From NCBI GenBank assembly GCA_016212095.1, contig JACRHH010000035.1:77948-141947 (forward strand): a DNA stretch of 64,000 nucleotides, given 5' to 3'. The notes below the pieces were generated by a model. It did not search any database and had not been told where the DNA came from. It saw only the letters and a program-made list of their open reading frames with translations. The position numbers and the translations under genes are program-made. Each line of letters begins with the position of its first letter. The first letter of the stretch is position 1. Positions 59,526-64,000 of the stretch are shown piece after piece. The stretch comes from Nitrospirota bacterium (lineage in GTDB: Bacteria; Nitrospirota; Thermodesulfovibrionia; SZUA-242).

Positions 59526-60063
59526 CCGCCACCTTCAGACCACGGAATATGTATTGAACGCCGGAAACGATGGTTGTAACAAGCACGGCAAGAAACAGGA
59601 TCACCGGATTGCCCGGATTACCCGGATTGTCCCCGAAGTTGACCATGAAAAGAATGTAGGCAAGCAGGGCCGCCTGAAGCGCCATCGCCGCCTTGCCGGT
59701 CTTCGTCACCTCGATAGCCAGCCTGTCGGTGCTCAGATAGAGGATGATCGTTCCGGCGATAACGATGATGTCGCGGCTTAGAACCGTGATCGTGAGCCAG
59801 AGCGGAATCCATTCGAGCATTGTGAATATCACAAACGATGCCACCATCAGCAGTTTGTCGGCAATCGGATCGAGAACCTTGCCGAACTGCGTCTGCTCGT
59901 TTCTCATCCGGGCCGCCATGCCGTCCAGAAGATCGGTTATCGAGGCGGTGACAAACAGGACGAGGGCGTGAAAATGGTAGTGGTACAGAAGCGCCATCAC
60001 GAAAAACGGCACGATCAGCACCCTCGCGATTGTGAGAATGTTCGGAAGGTTTAGAAGACTCAC
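59515..60063 (-). CDS. pgsA: CDP-diacylglycerol--glycerol-3-phosphate 3-phosphatidyltransferase
   Basis: PNILTIARVLIVPFF...DLLDGMAAR...DPIADK CDP-alcohol phosphatidyltransferase motif. Confidence 0.9.
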   Translation of the reverse strand: MSLLNLPNILTIARVLIVPFFVMALLYHYHFHALVLFVTASITDLLDGMAARMRNEQTQFGKVLDPIADKLLMVASFVIFTMLEWIPLWLTITVLSRDIIVIAGTIILYLSTDRLAIEVTKTGKAAMALQAALLAYILFMVNFGDNPGNPGNPVILFLAVLVTTIVSGVQYIFRGLKVADGA

Positions 60064-60220
60064 GTGTCACCAGCCTCAGAGAAAATAACATAAACCACCC
60101 ATCCGGCGCATAAGAACACCATATTGCCTTGACAATCCGGAGCGGTTCAGTATTAATTTTAGTTCGCTGGACATCGTATCGCCGCTCCATATTTCAGCGG
60201 CGGTCAACGGAGGGGGATTA

Positions 60221-63200
60221 ATGAAAGACAACTCGTGGTGCGCGCGGCTGTTCCTGCTGTGGGCGATTTTTGCGTGGTTGCAGCCTGAACCGGCTTATGC
60301 CGCCGGTTGGAGCCCTGCCGGGAGCATGACCGTTGGCCGCTTTGGCCACACCTCAATACAGCTTCCAAACGGAAAAATCCTTGCTGCCGGTGGCTGGAAA
60401 AACGGCTACCTGAAAAGCTCCGAGCTTTACAATCCCACCACAAATACATGGAGCAGCGCCGGAAACATGACAACCGCGCGATATTATTACGCAGCTACAT
60501 TGCTGGCCAACGGGAAGGTGCTTGTAACCGGCGGCTGGAACGGCGCTTACCTGAAAAGCGCCGAACTGTTCGATCCGGCAACGAACAGCTGGAGCAGCGC
60601 CGGGAACATGGCAACCGCGCGGGAATATCACACGGCAACCCTGCTTCCAGGCGGAAAGGTTCTGGTAACCGGCGGCTGGAACGGCGCTTACCTTAAAAGC
60701 GTTGAGCTGTACGATCCGGCAACAAACACCTGGAGCAGCGCGCCGAACATGACCGCCACGCGGGAGTACCACACGGCAACGCTGCTTCCGGACGGCAAGG
60801 TGATGGTTGCGGGCGGCTGGAACGGCGGTTACACGGCGGGCACGGAACTGTATGATCCGGCCACGAACACCTGGAGCAGCGCCGCGAATATGATCGTGAT
60901 GCGATATGCGCATACGGCAACACTGCTGCCGGACGGAAAGGTGCTGGCAGCCGGGGGGTATAACGGAGGCGAGCTTGCCGTCGCCGAACTTTATAATCCT
61001 GCTACAAATACATGGAGCAGCGCCGGGAACATGGCAGCTGCGCGTGATTATCACACGGCAACTCTGCTGCCGGACGGACGGGTGCTGGTAACCGGCGGAT
61101 ACAACGGCATTAGCGTGCTTCCCGGCACAGAGCTGTACGATCCGGCCACCAATTCCTGGAGCAGCGCAGGCAACATGGCGTCGGCGCGCCTGTATCACAC
61201 CGCAACCCTGCTTGCGGCAGGAAAGATACTTGTGACCGGCGGCTGGAACAGCATCGACGTTCACGGCAGCTCGGAGGTGTACGACATCGGCACGAATATC
61301 TGGAACAGCGCGGCGGACATGGCTGCCGCGCGACAATACCACACGGCAACGCTTCTGCCGGATGGAAAGGTGCTGGTAACAGGGGGCTGGAATGGCGCAT
61401 TCCTGAGCAGCGCTGAACTCTACGATCCGGCCACGAACTCATGGAGCAACGCGGCAAACATGGCCGCAACGCGACAATACCACACGGCAACGCTTCTGCC
61501 GGATGGAAAGATATTGGTAACCGGCGGCTGGAACGGCGCATATCTGGGCAGCGCGGAACTATACGATCCGGTCACAAACTCATGGAGCGCCGCCGGAAAC
61601 ATGGCCGCCGCAAGGGGATACCATACCGCAACGCTGCTTCCCGGCGGAAAGGTGCTGGTTTTTGGCGGCTACAACGGCGCATACCTGAATAGCGCGGAAC
61701 TCTACGATCCGGTCACAAACTCATGGAACGCCGCCGCAAATTCGTCCATTTCGCGATATGCGCAGACGGCAACATATTTATCGAACGGGAAAGTGCTGGT
61801 TGCGGGTGGCGGGAACGGCGCATATCTAAACAGCGCTGAACTCTATGATCCTGCCACGAACTCATGGAGCAACGCGGCAAACATGGCCACAACGCGGGAA
61901 TATCACACTGCCACGCTGCTGCCCAATGGAAAGGTGCTGGTTGCTGGCGGCTGGAACGGCGCATATCTAAACAGTGCCGAGCTTTACGATCCGGCCACGA
62001 ATACCTGGAGCAGCAGGGCCGGCATGGCAATCGCGAGGGACGGTCATGCGGCGACACTGCTTTCAAACGGGAAAATACTGGTTTCTGGCGGGCATAACGG
62101 CGGATACATAAACGGCCCGGAGCTGTACGACCCCGGCATGAACGCCTGGAGCAACGCCGGGAGCATGGCGGTGGCGCGGGACGGCCACACGGCGACACTG
62201 CTTCCGGGCGGCAAGGTGCTTGTTGCTGGAGGCGGAAACGGAGCCTGCCTGAGCGGCGCGGATCTGTACGATAACGGAACCGGGTTTCAGGAGGCGTGGC
62301 GGCCCGTCATAACCGCCGTCACATATCCTGTTGCCATGGGGCAGCAGCTATATCTGGGCGGCATCGGTTTTCGCGGCATCGGATATGCGGAGGCCTCAAG
62401 CGGATCGTTCAACAGCTCGGCATCCGGCTTTCCGATGGTGCAGATCAGAAGCCTCGACAGCGGGCAACAGCTTTGGCTTGAACCCGATCTGGCCGCCGGT
62501 TTCTCCGCAACCGGATATGCCTCAAAAACATTGATGGATTTTCATGCGGGCCCTGCCCTGATAACGGTATTTGCAAACGGCATCGCAAGCGTGTCGGCAT
62601 ATGCCGTTGTGAACAGGTCTTCATCGGTAACGAGTATAAGTTCGTCGCTCAACCCCTCCACTTGCGGCGCTTCCGTCACATTCTCCGCAACCGTAACCGG
62701 CACTGCGGCAACGCCTTCCGGCTCGGTCACATTCATGGACGGCGGCACGACACTGGGCACGGGAACCCTTTCAAACGGCAACGCGACATTCAGCACCCCG
62801 GCGCTTGCCCTTGGCAGTCATTCGATAACGGCGGTATACGGCGGAGACAGAAACCATGACGCCTCATCGTCTCCGCCTCTCTCGCAGACTGTCGGCAAGG
62901 CTCCGGTCACGATCACTCTGGGCAATACCAGCCATACCTATGACGGCGCGGCAAAGGCGGTTACGACAACCACGAATCCGCCCGGCATCACGGTCAGCAT
63001 AAGCTACACGGACGCGCTGAACAATCCGGTTGCCGCGCCTGTCAACGCGGGAACCTACAACGTTGCGGCGTTCGTCGATAACGAAAACTATCTGGGCAGC
63101 GCCACGGGCGCGTTGACCATTCTGCCCGCCATGCAGACCATCAGCTTCAACCCTCCAACCTACATGCTGAATTACGGCGATCCGCCGCTTGACCTGAGCG

Positions 63201-64000
63201 GATTCGCCGCCGGAGGCGCGTCAGGCAATCCCGTCACCTTCAGCGTGGCAAGCGGCCCAGGTTCATTAAGCGGCAGCCTGCTTACCGTTACGGCATTCGC
63301 GGGCGAAAGCATAGTCATCAGGGCGTCCCAGGCCGCAAGCGCCAATTATCTCGCGGCGACCGACGTCGAAAAGAGCATCGCGACAAGCGACAGCGTGCCC
63401 AATTCATTCAGCTTCACGGCCCAGACAGGCGTTGCGTTAAACAGCATTGCAACCTCGAACACGATCACCGTTTCCGGAATCAACGCGGTTTCGTCAATCT
63501 CGGTAACTGGTGGCGAGTATTCCGTTAACGGCGGCGCTTTCACGTCCATATCCGGAACGGTTGCAAACGGCAATACTGTGAGGTTGCGTCTTGCTTCCTC
63601 ATCTGCCTACACGACTACAACAAGCGCGACTTTGACCATCGGCGGCGTGACCGGAACCTTCAACGTAACCACGATTGACGACACCACTCCCGATCCGTTT
63701 AGTTTCACGGCCCAGAGCGGCGTTGCGCTAAACACGCTTGTCACCTCGAACACGATAACCGTTTCCGGAATCAACGCGGGTTCGTCCATACTGGTAACGG
63801 GCGGCCAATACTCGATAAACGGCGGCGCGTTTACTTTCACGACCGGAACGGTGTACAACGGCAATACGGTTCAGGTGCGCCTGACTTCCGCGACCACCTT
63901 CTCCACAACAAAAAGCGCAACGCTGACAATCGGCGGCGTGACCGGAACATTCAGCGTAACCACCCTTGGCGACACCGTGCCCGACGCATTCAGCTTCACG
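60221..64000 (+). CDS. giant secreted Kelch-repeat protein with C-terminal Ig-like/MBG-type repeat modules (3' end beyond window)
   Basis: Hand translation of the frame from ATG 60221 (RBS ggaggggg) is open to the window end. The N-terminus is a signal peptide. About 18 tandem ~48-aa Kelch-type units follow (ELYDPATNTWSSAGNMAxARxYHTATLLPDGKVLVTGGWNGAYLxSA), then Ig-like units (SVTFSATVTG...GSVTFMDGG) and repeated ~95-aa modules (SFTAQTGVALN...TITVSGINA...GGVTGTF). Not listed in the ORF track, presumably because no stop codon is reached. Confidence 0.85.
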   Translation, partial: MKDNSWCARLFLLWAIFAWLQPEPAYAAGWSPAGSMTVGRFGHTSIQLPNGKILAAGGWKNGYLKSSELYNPTTNTWSSAGNMTTARYYYAATLLANGKVLVTGGWNGAYLKSAELFDPATNSWSSAGNMATAREYHTATLLPGGKVLVTGGWNGAYLKSVELYDPATNTWSSAPNMTATREYHTATLLPDGKVMVAGGWNGGYTAGTELYDPATNTWSSAANMIVMRYAHTATLLPDGKVLAAGGYNGGELAVAELYNPATNTWSSAGNMAAARDYHTATLLPDGRVLVTGGYNGISVLPGTELYDPATNSWSSAGNMASARLYHTATLLAAGKILVTGGWNSIDVHGSSEVYDIGTNIWNSAADMAAARQYHTATLLPDGKVLVTGGWNGAFLSSAELYDPATNSWSNAANMAATRQYHTATLLPDGKILVTGGWNGAYLGSAELYDPVTNSWSAAGNMAAARGYHTATLLPGGKVLVFGGYNGAYLNSAELYDPVTNSWNAAANSSISRYAQTATYLSNGKVLVAGGGNGAYLNSAELYDPATNSWSNAANMATTREYHTATLLPNGKVLVAGGWNGAYLNSAELYDPATNTWSSRAGMAIARDGHAATLLSNGKILVSGGHNGGYINGPELYDPGMNAWSNAGSMAVARDGHTATLLPGGKVLVAGGGNGACLSGADLYDNGTGFQEAWRPVITAVTYPVAMGQQLYLGGIGFRGIGYAEASSGSFNSSASGFPMVQIRSLDSGQQLWLEPDLAAGFSATGYASKTLMDFHAGPALITVFANGIASVSAYAVVNRSSSVTSISSSLNPSTCGASVTFSATVTGTAATPSGSVTFMDGGTTLGTGTLSNGNATFSTPALALGSHSITAVYGGDRNHDASSSPPLSQTVGKAPVTITLGNTSHTYDGAAKAVTTTTNPPGITVSISYTDALNNPVAAPVNAGTYNVAAFVDNENYLGSATGALTILPAMQTISFNPPTYMLNYGDPPLDLSGFAAGGASGNPVTFSVASGPGSLSGSLLTVTAFAGESIVIRASQAASANYLAATDVEKSIATSDSVPNSFSFTAQTGVALNSIATSNTITVSGINAVSSISVTGGEYSVNGGAFTSISGTVANGNTVRLRLASSSAYTTTTSATLTIGGVTGTFNVTTIDDTTPDPFSFTAQSGVALNTLVTSNTITVSGINAGSSILVTGGQYSINGGAFTFTTGTVYNGNTVQVRLTSATTFSTTKSATLTIGGVTGTFSVTTLGDTVPDAFSFT
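60330..62250. repeat. tandem ~144-bp DNA repeats encoding the Kelch blades
   Basis: Recurrent near-identical strings such as ctgtacgatccggccacgaa...tggagcagcgccgg...catggc...tatcacacggcaac...ctgctgccggacggaaaggtgctggtaaccggcggctggaacggcgc. Confidence 0.8.

Noticed and set aside
60353-62198. Long minus-strand ORFs (60353-61342, 61110-61541, 61713-62198 and others) full of Cys/Arg/Pro
   Set aside because: They are antisense to the open Kelch-repeat reading frame on the plus strand. Their repetitive, low-complexity translations are the by-product of GC-rich tandem repeats.

Overview
The window is a 64-kb chromosomal segment of a GC-rich (about 60%) diderm bacterium. Lineage is uncertain: sigma-54, LptCAB, a T4aP pilMNOPQ operon and a multiheme cytochrome c suggest a Deltaproteobacteria, Nitrospira or Acidobacteria-like organism. 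TGA is used as an ordinary stop codon.

Most of the window is densely packed core genes:
- guaB (3' end) and guaA
- rluB-like and aspS
- degP/htrA
- a PIN-TRAM protein, yajQ, a Nudix hydrolase and a TlpA-like thioredoxin
- an aroK-aroB fusion, aroC and, elsewhere, aroE
- an Ig-like (Big_1) repeat adhesin, a small lipoprotein and pilMNOPQ on the minus strand
- mutL and miaA
- a pentaheme cytochrome c
- topA, dprA and argG
- a priming sugar transferase and a single-domain response regulator
- a TPP riboswitch followed by thiS-thiG-(membrane ORF)-thiE-thiC-thiD
- maf, efp, dus and prfC
- rbfA, nrnA and truB
- tRNA-Lys and tRNA-Glu
- dedA, cysteine desulfurase, rapZ, hpf, rpoN and lptBAC
- a PDZ-radical SAM protein and pgsA
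- the start of a giant Kelch-repeat/Ig-like surface protein that runs off the window end

Interleaved accessory content is five toxin-antitoxin-like modules: two VapBC-type pairs (one on an AT-rich island), HicAB, a DUF4258/DUF2283 pair and a possible DUF6516-like pair. A family of GC-rich palindromic intergenic repeats (REP-like) is also present.

The most unusual observations are:
- a pentaheme cytochrome c interrupted by a single in-frame TGA with a downstream hairpin, which could be selenocysteine, readthrough or a pseudogene
- a tRNA-proximal region where two secreted-protein genes share a near-identical promoter/RBS/N-terminus and flank a toxin-antitoxin-like pair
- a tri-domain M1-M28-PDZ secreted peptidase
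- an Ig-like repeat adhesin co-oriented downstream of the pilQ secretin gene
- a highly repetitive Kelch-repeat giant protein

No CRISPR arrays, rRNA genes, transposases or integrases were seen.
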